Shown: positions 28,783-42,836 of the stretch, piece by piece
Layout: every line of letters begins with the position of its first letter
Numbering within the stretch: position 1 is the first letter of the stretch
Source of the DNA: Octopus vulgaris
Lineage: Eukaryota
DNA: 64,000 nt
Assembly (NCBI GenBank): GCA_951406725.2
Contig: OX597818.1
Span: 34,038,001-34,102,000, forward strand
Direction of reading: 5' to 3'
The notes under the pieces: generated by a model
Seen by the model: only the letters and a program-made list of their open reading frames with translations
What the model was told of the DNA's origin: nothing
The model's database searches: none
Made by a program: the position numbers and the translations under genes

Positions 28783-29694
28783 ATCCCCAGGAGATATTTG
28801 CCCCACCCTAACCAGCAGTATCCTTCCACTCTATTGTCAAGTGACAATATAGAAGCGATAAAGAACGAATATGAATAATATACATCTGGACATATCAGAT
28901 AAGGAAAGAAATGGTGAAAAGAATCCAACAACATTAATAGAATACACTGAAAGAAAAGACGAACTAAAAATAATGCAGAAGATCTTGACTTACTCGGACT
29001 ATTTGAAAATCATAAACATGATGAACCCACAAAGCTACAAGAAAACAGGATGAAGATTGACGTACAAATAGGCGCCGGTTTTCTCGAAGTCTCGAATGTT
29101 AGACTGTTTGGCTATATACAGCCACTGTAATCAACGAATGTGCAACTTACACACAGGACGTGGCTGATTTTTAACACATTCCGACACCACAATTGTAGGA
29201 ATGGGATGTCGTGGTTCCTTCTGCTTCTTGAGAGTATGGATCCATGATTTACAGATGCTACACTTTTGGAAATAGGTAATGAAATGGCTCGTTGTGCTGA
29301 AGTAGTGAAAGGACGACAGATTGGCTTGGCATGCGTTGTGATGCGCTTCCAATTTGCTTACGAAAGCGATTGGCAAAGCAACGACCTGTCTTCCAAATGT
29401 AAAGTGTGCCATAAAGTTTGCAGCTGAGGTAATATATAAGGGTGGAAGATATACACCGGAGGTTTTAGGAAATGTGATGCAGTGACATAAGCCTGGTGAG
29501 GGTTGCTGTTTTGTTAATAGAAGAGCAAGTGTTGCATCGTCAGCGAACGTGTTTAAAACTGCCTGGTTGCGCATGGTCTGACGATGTGGAGCTACCAACT
29601 AGGAAGTTGCCGAGAATAGCGATGCGGCGTAGTTAAAAATATATATATATATATGTGTGTGTATATATATACACGTATATATATATATATACAT

Positions 29695-29963
29695 GGAGGC
29701 ACAATGGCCCAGTGGTTAGGGCAGCGGACTCGCGGTTTCGATTCCCAGACCGGGTGTTGTGAGTGTTTATTGAGCGAAAACACCTAAAGCTCCACGAGGC
29801 TCCGGCAGAGGGTGGTGGCGATCCCTGCTGTACTCTTTCGCCACAACTTTCTCTCACGCTTACTTCTGTTGGCCTGCTCGCTTAGCCAGCAGGGAGTCAA
29901 AGCGCATTATTACCAGCGATGTGTAGCAACATCTGATAGCCTGGCCGATCACGGTGATCAGAG
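29695..29963 (+). mobile_element. SINE family C, tail type 2
   Basis: Head and body shared with 42061; different 3' part; (TA)n flanks. Confidence 0.88.
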
Positions 29964-30632
29964 GGATATATATATATATATATACACACATACATACTAA
30001 CATACATACATACAGACATACATACATACTTACATACAAAAATGCCTTGCTGTTATGTTGCAATTCCAATGAAGGAGCCTTGTATCTAGATTAGAAACCG
30101 GTTCTTTCTCCATTGGTAAGAAATCTTGAAATAAACTAATTAATGACATTCATACATACATACATGCATACATATATTTATACCTACACCCATACATAGA
30201 TATATATATGTGTGTGTGTGTGAGTCTGTGTGTGTGTATGTATAGATAAGCAGACAAGATATTTACAGAGACAGAGAGAGAAAGAGAGAAATTAGTTGCA
30301 CTTTGAAATCAAAAATATGTCCCGCTGTGTCTTATAAACACATCAATACCTACCTACCCACTTACCAACCGACATACATACATATCAAGTATACATGCTT
30401 ACATATATACATACATACATACATACATACATACATACATGCATACATACATACATACATACATACATACATACATACATACATACATACATACATACAT
30501 ACATACATACATACGTACGTACCTACAAAACAACCTACTTACATATATACAAGTACACGTAGACATTAAAATCCATAAAAAATATAATTGGAAATATAAG
30601 TGTACATATATCTATATATCTATCTATCTATC

Positions 30633-30669
<37 letters not shown>

Positions 30670-31169
30670 CTTATATACAACGAAGACGCCTGAGGCATAT
30701 TTGGGTGTTGTGTTGTCTAAGCAGCTATCATATTATCAGAGAGAGACTAGTATGCAATTTTCATATATTTAATACAAAATCTTTTATTCTATTTCCTGAA
30801 AAAAAATCTATTTCTTTGGATCTCTTCTAATTTTTCCCTCTCAGCTGTATTTGTTTCAGTCTGAAAAGGTTCTGTGTGGGGGTTCCAACTCGGTTAACTT
30901 CCTGTATAATATGTGTGAAATCGGAAACCTATTTTCGATATTAAATTTGATATGTTAGCTCAGAGAATTACAAAAGGATGGAAAACGAAAAAAAAATACA
31001 CCGACGCAAACGCACACGGACGCGAACGCACGCACGCACACACAGACATACACACGCATGTATACATGTGTGCACACACAGATGTGTGCGTGTTTGTGAA
31101 TGTGTATGTGTATGTCTGTGTATAAATATATGCATTTATATATAAACGTATATATGTATATATATATAT

Positions 31170-31201
<32 letters not shown>

Positions 31202-31218
31202 GTATGTATGTATATATA

Positions 31219-31279
<61 letters not shown>

Positions 31280-31283
31280 CACA

Positions 31284-31318
<35 letters not shown>

Positions 31319-31432
31319 ATGTTATTTTGATAATTAAAGGGTAAAAATAATCATAATATTACCAGGTAACCAGTGCGGAAATAAAAACTTTATAGGTAAA
31401 TTTTACAAAATATTTTTATAATTATATACATA

Positions 31433-31829
31433 ACATGCAGTATCGCCCGGCGTTGCTCGGATTTGTAAGGGAAATAACTATATAAGCATTTTTAGAGATG
31501 TAAAGGATAATAGCCATCTCAATATGGCTAACCACAAAGGGGGGGTGTTACTGAAGATTTTTAGGTTCTGAGATTTAATAATAAATTTTTAGAGAGTTAC
31601 TTCCCTTATATATGCCAAAAATGCATTAAAAATGGGAAAAATTGATGGTAAATTTTTTTTTAAATCGTAGACTCATCGTAGACGCGCGCTAATACCCAGA
31701 AGGGCTCGATATGAATCACGACTATAAGATACCCGGTTTTGGTTAAACTGCACCGCAAAATGTGGGAGTAGTTAGGAATCTAAATCGTAGGAGACAGACA
31801 GCACACAACCTCTCTTTTATATATAAAGA
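31433..31829 (-). mobile_element. Non-autonomous Helitron
   Basis: Minus strand starts A|TCTTTATATATAAAAG and ends with a CCGAGCAACGCCGGG hairpin-like motif and CATG|T (CTAG-like). Confidence 0.7.
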
Positions 31830-31974
31830 TTATAACAAGCGTTCGGCTTTATGCCTCATCACGCATCGTAAGAAATAGACGCTAATGTCCTTTTCATTAC
31901 CTTAAAATCTCCGGGAATAACACACTTTATTGGAGGCGGGCAAAAGAAAAATATTGAATCAATAAGGCTCGTTA

Positions 31975-32200
31975 ACTATGGATGTGTTTCGAACTTAAAG
32001 TAAAAAATAATTTTACTGTTTCTCTTCAGCATAGTACTATGTAGAATTGGTTTGTTTGCTTCCGGTCATTGCTTATCTATTTCAATATCTTCGTTTCGAT
32101 TCAACAACGTAGCATTTTAGGCTTATGTATCCGAACACTGCCCCAGTCTGGCAATTCTTAGTAAACAAAATCTGTGTTGAATTCTGTTGGAGGTATCAGT
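31975..32200 (-). mobile_element. Penelope-like 3' end: GIY-YIG C-terminal relic plus HHR
   Basis: NATLLNRNEDIEIDKQ* followed by ACTATG-CTGAAGA-stem II-GAAAC-AC-ATC-CATAGT (31975-32035). Confidence 0.65.
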
Positions 32201-32904
32201 CCAGTTCTTGGATATTAACTCTTGGATACTTATACAAACTTTTCCTTGTAGCTGGTATTCGTATGCTGTGTCTCTAGTTAAGAATAATTTTCTCTTTTAC
32301 TCACATCAATCTCAAAGACTCTGAAAAAAGATGTGATAGTGATTCCATCCGATCTATGCGATAGAAATAATTTGTTGCCAAACAGCAAACATTTTCCGAG
32401 AATCTACAGCCGTTCAAGAAACAAAACATACAGGTTAGTTTTACTTGTCTAGAAAACATATCTAATATCATGAAAAGGTGCAATGCAAGTTTTCTGTGTC
32501 CACTCTAACAGTGATTCAAAGGGAAACAGCATTTGCTTTAGCATAGAGGACAGTCACACGAAAAAGCAAAAGCCTAGAAAGAAACAACGAATTTCATGAT
32601 GACGTCCTTAAATAACATGTCAATTTCCTAAATAGGGCTTAGAAGGAATATATCTAGCACAAGAAACAACAGCACAGTTTGATATCACAAGCCAGAAAAA
32701 CGCTATATCTTATATGGAAATCATGGTATACAGGAAGGAACGCAAACATCATACTGGTACCAGCCTTAACGAATAGATCTAAATTTTATGAGCTTTTTCT
32801 AACAGATAATCTTCTAGCTATCTGCTACTCACACACTAATCCTAAGTAAAAATATCTGCGACTGCCTCAACTGATCATCCAGTGTTAATTTCTTTTATTT
32901 CTTT

Positions 32905-33281
32905 GAATTGTTTCAGTCATTTGAACTGCGACCATGTTGGAGCACCGCCTTGAAAAATTTTAGTCGAAAATATCGACACCAGGACTTATATTTTAAGTCG
33001 GTCTCTTTTGCCGAACCGTTAAATTTTGGGAATATAAACACACCAACATCGGTTGTCAAGCGACGATGGGGGTGAACAAATACAGGCACAAAGACACACA
33101 CACACATACACACACACACACGCACACACATATATACGACGGGCTTCTTTCAGTTTTCGTCAACCAAATCTACTCACAAGGCTTTGGTCAGTTCGAGGCT
33201 ATAGTAGAAGACATTTGCCCAAGGTGCCACCCACTGGGACTGAACCCGAAGCCATGTGATTGGGAAGCAAACTTCTTACCA
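32905..33281 (-). mobile_element. SINE family A (older, diverged)
   Basis: Similarity to family A. Confidence 0.85.
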
Positions 33282-33404
33282 GCCTGGGCCTATGTTCATA
33301 TTAGTTAAATTAAAAGCAGAACTTCTTCCCGGTGATTAATGAAAATGTGTCAAACTCTTTCAAATATGGAAACCACTATATTATTTTACATTATTTTACT
33401 CCCA

Positions 33405-34020
33405 CCAAGCTCGCAGAAACGTTAGTACGATGGACGAAAACGCTTAGCGGTATTTCGCCGGTCGCTACGTTGTGAATTCGAATTCTGCGGAGGTCGACTT
33501 TGCCTTACATCCTTTCAGGGTCAATAAATTAATTACCAGCTGCGTACTGGGGTAGATATAATCGACTTCCCCCTCCCCCAAAATTTCGAGCCTTGAGCCT
33601 AGAGTACAAAAGAATATTCCAATATGATAAGGCGGCGAGCTGGCAGAAACGTTAGCACGCCGGGGCGAAATGCTTAGCGGTATTTCGTCTGCCGTTACGT
33701 TCTGAGTTCAAATTCCGTCGAGGTCGACTTTGCCTTTCATCCTTTCGGGCTCGATTAAATAAGTACCAGTTACGCACCGGGGTGGATATAATCGACTTAA
33801 TCCGTTTGTCTATCCTTGTTTGTCATCTTTGTGTTTAGCCCTTTGTGGTTAGTAAAGAAATAGGTATTTCGTGTGTCTTTACGTTCTGAGTTCAAATTCC
33901 GCCAAGTTCGACGTTGCCTTCCATCATTTCGGTGTCGATGAATTAAGTACGCACTGCGGTCGATGTAATCGACTCGTCCCCTTCTCCAAAATGTTGCCCT
34001 TGTGGCAAAACTTGAAACCA
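33405..34020 (+). mobile_element. SINE family B tandem array (3 units)
   Basis: Repeated central domain; junction TATTCCAATATGATAAGG. Confidence 0.88.
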
Positions 34021-34506
34021 TTATTTTACTTCCACTCGTGCGTAAATAGTCTGAAACAGTTAACACAAATTAAATAATTGTATTTACCAACATATAACCC
34101 TTTTCAGGCAGCTCTGAGACCAATGACCCTTAATCGCGTATTACCCTGTCTGTCATAGAGACAGTGAATCTAACGCTATATTGTCCAATGTGTCATTCCA
34201 TTTTCTATGGCGATAGATTGCAATTTTATGATGGTTTGCATTGTAGCTATAGGAGGTCGATCGAAGACGGTGCAGGTATTCAGCCTGTATATATGAGACA
34301 AAAGAATCTATGTATTTATAGTATTAAAATAAAGAAATGTAAATATAATGATTCCTTCTGACTACTGTTAAATACGATACCTACCTAGTCACATGCAAAT
34401 TGATTTCGTTTATTTATTTAATTTATATACAAGAAACTACAATCAATATGATATACTTCATAGTAATACAAAATATTGAGGTGAATAGCACATTTTTGGC
34501 AGTATA

Positions 34507-34580
<74 letters not shown>

Positions 34581-34953
34581 GAGAGATTCAAACAGACAGA
34601 CAGAGATGGAGACAGAAAGAAAGAGATGTGTATGTGTGTATACACACATACATATATGCTTGTATGTATGTATGCTTGGAAGTTCAGATATGATATTCAA
34701 GAGCCCTCGAAAATTTGTATATGACACTCAAAGTGTTTTGGAGTGTAGAAAGAAAAATTATCGGTTCCTTTTATATTATTATTTCTACAGTGAAGGCCAA
34801 AAGTAATGTATAAAGAGCCATCTCGTCAACAAGAGGTATGCTTTAGAACTTATGGTACATACGCATAGACATACATATATGTATGCAGGAATGAATACAT
34901 ACCTATATATATATGTATATATATATATGTGTGTGTGTGTGTGTATGCATATG

Positions 34954-34986
<33 letters not shown>

Positions 34987-35009
34987 ATGTGTATATGTAT
35001 ATATATATG

Positions 35010-35066
<57 letters not shown>

Positions 35067-35079
35067 GTATATTCATATA

Positions 35080-35150
<71 letters not shown>

Positions 35151-35250
35151 GTGTACACATACACTCAAATATATAAACACAAGTTAATCTACATCACACA
35201 TTTATAGAACACATATATAGACAAATTTAGACACACACACACACACACAC

Positions 35251-35287
<37 letters not shown>

Positions 35288-35476
35288 CATACATACATAC
35301 ATACATACATACATACATACATACATACATGTATATATGCACGCATATGTGCGCGTACGTGTGTGTGCTTATGTGTGAGTTGTGTATTTGTGTATATTCA
35401 GGTATATACGCATATGTATAATATATACATATATATATAAATGTAAGATCCTTTCATCTTATATTTATGCATATAC

Positions 35477-35562
<86 letters not shown>

Positions 35563-35573
35563 GTGCATGCATG

Positions 35574-35610
<37 letters not shown>

Positions 35611-36021
35611 GCGTGTGTGCATGCAAACGCAAACACACGTACATACACACACCTTGGACAGTCTTGGAAATTATAAGATCTTGATGGCTTTTACGAATAA
35701 TATGATTAAGCGTATACATGCTTCTTTGTATGTGTGCATATATGTATCTATGCGTATGCGTGCTCACGCGCACAAACAAGCAAATAAGCGTGTGCACGTT
35801 CGTTCATGTACTCTCTGGAACTGGTAAGATATGTGAAAGCAATTTCTTCTAAATTACCCATAATTCAATATTCGTTTTGTTCCAGTAGTTGGTTCTGTGA
35901 ACGAGGCGTTGAATAAAGGAATCAGTTTTTGCTGATTTGAAACACGGGTTTCGAAATTAGGTTCCGATAAGCTTCATTCAATATAGAAGCAAATACTATA
36001 CCAAAACATAGAACGACTGCA

Positions 36022-36037
36022 TTCAGTAGTAGTAGTG

Positions 36038-36127
<90 letters not shown>

Positions 36128-36370
36128 TTGGTGGTGGTGGTGACGGTGGTGTTAGTGGTGATGGTGACGGTGGTGGTATTGGCGATGGTCGTGGTGGTGG
36201 TGGTGGTGACGGTGGTGGTATTGGCGATGTTCGTGGTGGTGGTGCTGCTGCTGCTGATGGTGGTGGTGGTGCTGGTGCTGGTGGTGGTGGTGCTGGTGGT
36301 GGTGGTGGTGGTGCTGGTGGTGGTGCTGGTGCTGGTGCTGGTGGTGGTGGTGGTGGTGGTGGTGGTTATG
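36022..36370. repeat. (GTA)n grading into (GTG/CTG)n microsatellite
   Basis: Directly visible; the poly-Val ORF is an artefact. Confidence 0.95.
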
Positions 36371-37819
36371 GTTTTGATGTTAAGAGACAGCGAGCTGGCA
36401 AAACGGTTAGGAAGAAATCCTCTGCGATATTTTATTACGGTTCTTTCCTTTTTTTGTTGTTTTTGTTGTTTTTTGCTTGTTTTTTTTTCGTTTCAAACAT
36501 CACCGAGATCAACTTCGCCGTTCATCGACGCGATGTCGATGAAATAAAGTAGAATCTAGTTAGTTTCGTTCGCAAAATGAGCTCCCTTTAATTTTGCTCA
36601 AATTGCTTTCAATTTTGGTGCATCGATGCAACTCTGAATTTTGATTACGATCAACTAATTTCATTATCTCGTAAATTAAAGAATCTGATGTTATTTGGAA
36701 TTAAAGTTGGGAAATTTAGATAATTTTAGCCAATCAACAGACACCGTGGCATTAGCACCTTGTTACCATGACAACCGCACGCTGTGTTGTTTCACTTCAC
36801 CCGTGTCTGTGCTGGACGTTGTTCTGGGTTGACTCTTCACGCCACGATATTCTTTCCATCCAAATGTTTTGTTTTAATTTTTCTGTTGCATATTTTTCTG
36901 TGTGTTAGTATTTTTACATATGTTTTCTCTTCAAATACTTTTGGGATAAATTCTTTGTTGACCAGTGTAATTCTTATCCTAGTTTACAAACTCAAGCATG
37001 AAAACGTAACTCAACTTTGGAGTTTTGGAAACAAACGCACCCTTTTCCCACATACACACACACACACACATGCATGCATTTATATATTAATGACGTACAC
37101 GAATACATGACAGGTATACATAATACTGAAATATGCATAAAGTAAACGCATGCAGACAAATATATTATTATAACAAATTTTTAAAATAATAAAAACATAC
37201 AATCTCTGAAGAGACAAAAGAAACAGTAAGATGGTGCATGTTGATTTTATTAGATATTTCCGTTTATTTAGAAACCTATAATGAACACATCATTTCACAG
37301 ACACTAAACTATAAATTTCACAGGGTACAACCTTAAAATTGACACCGCTCCGCTAAACGCAAAAAATTTCTGTGTCGCTATTGGTTAGAAATACAGTCTT
37401 TTCGATTTTTAAACCTCTTTAACTTTTTCCTCCATTTTTTTTCTCCACAACATCAAAGCAATAAGACTGGAAAGCTACATTATTATAGCTGATTTTCAGA
37501 TTTCTTACGTCCTTTCTAAAAATACATATTTTGTGAATCAGTTTAATTAGATCCATAAAGTGCCAGTTAAGTACGGGTTCGATAGAAGTGACTACAACCT
37601 CCCACTGAAAATTACTGGTCTTGTGCCAAAATTTGAAACCAGCTGGAGAGAAAGAAAGAAAGAAAGAAAGAAAGAAAAAGAAGGAAGGAAAGGAAGGAAG
37701 GAAAGGAAATTTATTTAGCTCCATTTTTGATTGGAATCTGGGAAATAGACTGAAAAAGAGTTTGGTGCTTTTAAAAACGTTTTCCAGAGAAAATAAGCAA
37801 GACAATAAATTCACTATCT

Positions 37820-38575
37820 AAGGTGGCGAACTGGCAGAAACGTTAGCACGCCGGGCGAAATGCGTAGCCGTATTTCGTCTGCCGTTATGTTCTGAATTCA
37901 AATTCCGCCGAGGTCGACTTTGCTGTTCATCCTTTCAGGGTCGATAAATTAAGTACCAGTTACGCACTGGGGTCTATGTAATCGACTTAATCCGTTTGTC
38001 TGTCCTTGTTTGTCTCCTCTATGTTTAGCCCCTTGTGGGTAATAAAAAATAGGCATTTCGTCTGTCTTTACGTTCTGAGTTCAAATTCCGACGAGGTCGA
38101 CTTTGCCTTTCATCATTTCGGGGTCGATAAATTAAGTACCAGTTGTATACTGGGGTAGATCTAATCGACTTCCCCTTCCCCGAAAATTTAGGGCCTTCTG
38201 CCTAGAGTAGAAAATAATATTCCAATATGATAAGGTGGCGAGCTGGCAGAAACGTTAGCCCGCCGGGCGAAATGCTTAGTGGTATTTCGTCTGTCTTTAC
38301 GTTCTGAGTTCAAATTCCGTCGAGGGCGACTTTACCTTTCATATTTTCGGGGTCGATAAATTAAGTACCAGTTACGCACTGGCGTCGATATAATCGACTT
38401 AATACCTACGTCTGTCCTTGTTTGTCTGCTCTGTGTTTAGCCCCTTGTGGGTAATAAAGAAATAGGTATTTCGTCTGTCTTTACGTTCTGAGTTCAAATT
38501 CCGTCGAGGGCGACTTTACCTTTCATATTTTCGGGGGTCGATAAATTAAGTACCAGTTACGTACTGGAGTCGATC
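37820..38575 (+). mobile_element. SINE family B tandem array (4 sub-units, about 412-bp period)
   Basis: Heads at 37820 and 38232; headless bodies at about 38055 and 38467. Confidence 0.9.
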
Positions 38576-39254
38576 TTACCACACAGCCACGCCAGCGCCC
38601 GTAGTGTAATGTAGACTTATTTAAAAGAAACAAAGATTAAGGAAGATAAAAATGTCTGCAACTAGAACGCCTGCTATCATACGTAATAAGGGAAGAAGCT
38701 GGGACCAACTTTCAACAGTAACAATACAAAGACTGTAGAAAACTTCAACATGCATATTTTATTTCTTAACACCATACGGTGTGAAGAGATTGGCAGATAT
38801 TGCAGTTTCGAATGGTTCTCAGCTAGCTCTAATGATTTACATCTTCAAGGAAAGAATTTGGTTATCTTAAATTTCTTGCAGTTGTAGAAAAAGTGAAGTG
38901 AAGTTGAAATAATGTGGGAAGGAGTGGTTTGTTTCACACTTACCCCAGTTTAGAATCTCTCACGGTAAATATATTTGTGTAAAGAATAAGGGACTCATTA
39001 TCTACGTATCTATCATTTTAGCCATCGAATTAGCTATCAACCTATCCTATTCTATCTTACATTTTTCCCGTTTAAACATATTATACGTATGTCTGCCTAT
39101 TTGTCTGTATGTATGTATGTATATATGTATATATGTATAGAAAGAGAGATAGGAAGAAAGACACGTGTAAATTATATGTGTGTGTATATATATACATATA
39201 TATATATGTATGTGCATGTATGTGCATGTACATCTATAAATGTACATACACGTA

Positions 39255-39666
<412 letters not shown>

Positions 39667-40149
39667 TTCCTGGCTTTGCACATAAATATGTGTGGTAAGA
39701 TTACATCCATTCATCAATCTGTCTATCCTCCAAACCTGAATTTTCCCAGCTGCATTTGTTTTCCTTTTACGTCAAAGGTGTCTAAGTTACCACGCGTGCG
39801 CATTTTCAGCTTTTTTTTTTTTTTTTTTGAGACTCATTTACGAACCGCACACATTCACGGGCATTTGCGTGTGTCTGTGTGCCTCTGTGTATGTGTGCGT
39901 TTTGTATATAATACGTGCATGTTTGTATATAGTGGTGTCCTACCGTGTATATGATTTTTTTTTAGATTGTATTTTCATGTACGTCATCTTTCTGTCCATT
40001 TTTCTCCTGCATATTTCTTCTTGATATACTCTCTCACTTTCTCTCTTTCTCCCTCACACTCTCTCACAATACAGACACACCGACACACACATATGTGCGT
40101 GTGTGTGTGTGTATGTGTGTTTGTGTGCGTGTGTGTATGTGTGTGTGTT

Positions 40150-40372
40150 AGCTGGCAGAAACGTTAGCACGCTGGGCGAAATGCGTAGCCGTATTTCGTC
40201 TGCCGTTACGTTCTGAGTTCAAATTCCGCTGAGGTCGACTTTGCCTTTCATCCTTTCGGGGTCGATAAATTAAGTACCAGTTACGCACTGGAGTCGATGT
40301 AATCGACTAAATCCGTTTGTCTGTCTTTGTTTGCCCCCTCTGTGTTTAACCCCTTCTGGGTAGTAAAGAAAT
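40150..40372 (+). mobile_element. SINE family B
   Basis: Similarity to the 17894 copy. Confidence 0.9.
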
Positions 40373-41941
40373 ATATGTGTGTGTGTAGGCGCACGTGTTG
40401 CTGTTGGTAAGAACCTTGCTTCCCAACTACATGGTTCCGGGTTCAGTTCCATTGCGTGGCACCTTGGACACTTGTCCTCTATTAAGCATGAAAAAATTTA
40501 AATTGTGGAGAAATTAAAAGAAATGTGTGTTTTTTTTAATATTTCCATAGTTTTCAAATGCAAGGGACATTTTTCTTTTTTCTGTCTGTCTCTGTCTCTT
40601 TTTTACTCATGTGAGTATACATATTCATTGATTGGTAATACACACTTAGATGAACTTTGTCTAGAAAATCGTGGGATGGTCAGGGCTGTCCTGGTCATTG
40701 GTCTGTTTGATCAGAACTGACTGAAACTGAACAACAACAGCAACAACGACTATTCACATTAACTTACCTTTCTCCGCAGACTGTTGCACAACTACTCCAA
40801 CTTTACTTCGATGCAACAGAATTGGAATAGCATCTGCTATATTCTCACCTTTCTTTCTTACCAGCAACACCAAAGAACTCACTAATATAAGCATACCTCG
40901 TATACAGTAAACAAATATTCTAGGAGGTTTATATGCCTCGACAAGATAGACAGTACAGAAAATAAAACGCCTCACAAACATACTTAGATTAGGCACAGGC
41001 CACACATTAAGCCAATAGAAAAAAACAATAAGAATGGTAATATTCGTAGCCACTTCAACATGGCTGTCCGTTTGGACGGACTTTACTGCGATTTTTTAAC
41101 ACCAAGAGGACATCTCCTCTAGCTAGATAATGATGCCGAGCTACACCCGATAAATTGCGAGCAGGTGGAGGGAACCACTAACACCTTCTAGCGACGGGAC
41201 CAGTAGACCAGTCCTGGTTTCAGGCTATTTCTGCCACTCTCTGGTACTGAACACCTCGTCTGCTACAGATGGTACTGAAGAAACAGCAAGAACTCCCGAA
41301 ATATGCATATACACCGATTACAATTTTTTATTATTTAATTTCATCTTCGATTGCATTGTTTACATTAGGCGTATTCGGATACGAAATGTCGTAATAAATC
41401 AATACTGGCCATAATTTCTTTAGAAAATCTGCCGAGATAAACATAAAAAGTGATTTAATAGCACTGTTATCGCAGTAGGACTCAGTGTTGACTTATAAAG
41501 CTTTTAATATTCTTGGCAGTTTACTGTGGTTGCACAATGAAATACGATGTTCCAATAAGTGATTACTAACAATGATTTACAAACAATATATTAGATTTAT
41601 TGTGGACAATGCTTGTCACATCTGAGCACTTAATCACTCCATAACAAATCACAAGAACAAACAAATGACACAGTAACACAATACAGTTCATTACATATGG
41701 TCACAGGCTGTTCACAGACCACAACCATAGATCATCTGCACAACGGAATAAAGACATTAAAATACACTGGCCGCCTGGGTAAAGAAGGGCATATATTTTT
41801 TTATACATTAAGCTTCGCATTATCAACATCGCATTCAATGTCACAGCATGAGAATCTACTCTCGAACACTTAAATACCTATACACCATACTATTTGAACA
41901 ACATCCTACAAGCACTATCACTCCCACTAGGACAAAACATA

Positions 41942-42836
41942 CGAGGTGGTGTCAAAAGGTTCCCGGACTAGTTATGTTTGTGTCCTCCCTCAAATGCTTC
42001 ACAACATCGCAATAAAATTCTCCATTGACAGCATGGCCCTGTGGGACGTATTCCCGAAACGGAGGCGCAATGGCCCAGTGGTTAGGGCAGCGGACTCGCG
42101 GTCGTAGGATCGCGGTTTCGATTCCCAGACCGGGCGTTGTGAGTGTTTATTGAGCGAAAACACCTAAAGCTCCACGAGGCTCCGGCAGGGGATGGTGGTG
42201 ATCCCTGCTGTACTCTTTCACCACAACTTTCTCTCACTCTTACTTCCTGTTTCTGTTGTACCTGTATTTCAAAGGGCCGGCCTTGTCACTCTCTGTGTTA
42301 CGCTGAATATCCCCCGAGAACTACGTTAAGGGTACACGTGTCTGTGGAGTGCTCAGCCACTTACACGTTAATTTCACGAGCAGGCTGTTCCGTTGATTCG
42401 GATCAACCGGGACCCTCGTCGTCGTAACCGACGGAGTGCTTCCATCCATTCTCGAAACACAATAACGCGGATATCGAATAAACGATGAACATGCACTTGA
42501 TTGAGCTGTGGCTCTGTCGTGCACCCGTAACACTCGAAACATTTGTGCACGATCCTTTGCCTCATCGCCGTAAGCTTGCCGAAGAATGCTCAATGTCTCT
42601 ATAGCAGACTTCCCAATTTTAACGCAAAATTTCACGTTGGCTCTTTCTTCCAACTTCCTGTCCATAACAAAAATCACAGACTACAGCATACACGTGCTCA
42701 CAAAATACAAATTTCACAACTTGCGAAGTAAATACAGCGATGTCACACGGTACACAGCCTAATGGAGGTCACAGTTAGCAACTATGTGCTGCCACATATT
42801 GGCGCGCTACTCCGGTAACGTTTTGATATTACCTTA
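41942..42836 (-). mobile_element. Deleted mariner element interrupted by a SINE
   Basis: MDRKLEERANVKFCVKIGKSAIETLSILRQAYGDEA (mariner HTH); YVPQGHAVNGEFYCDVV; diverged TIRs; TA flanks. Confidence 0.85.
42061..42447 (+). mobile_element. SINE family C, tail type 3, nested in the mariner
   Basis: TSD ATTCCCGAAAC (42050-60) / ATTCTCGAAAC (42448-58); tRNA head with GGTTTCGATTCC B box. Confidence 0.92.

Noticed and set aside
27780-29100. Purine-rich stretch that could be a decayed LINE ORF1
   Set aside because: Many stops and no recognisable motif.
29131-29598. 155-aa ORF with a FADD motif resembling an RT active site
   Set aside because: No other RT motifs around it; treated as chance.
36728-36776. 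CCAAT box plus RFX X-box-like GTTACCATGACAAC as a promoter
   Set aside because: No associated gene; such motifs are common inside DNA-transposon relics.
41272-41313. GTA-CTGAAGA..GAAAT-ATGC-ATA-TAC as an active HHR
   Set aside because: Stem II does not pair and stem I is only 3 bp; counted only as a possible decayed relic.
42061-42135. SINE heads as functional tRNA genes
   Set aside because: They run on into SINE bodies with TSDs and lack a proper acceptor stem and terminator.
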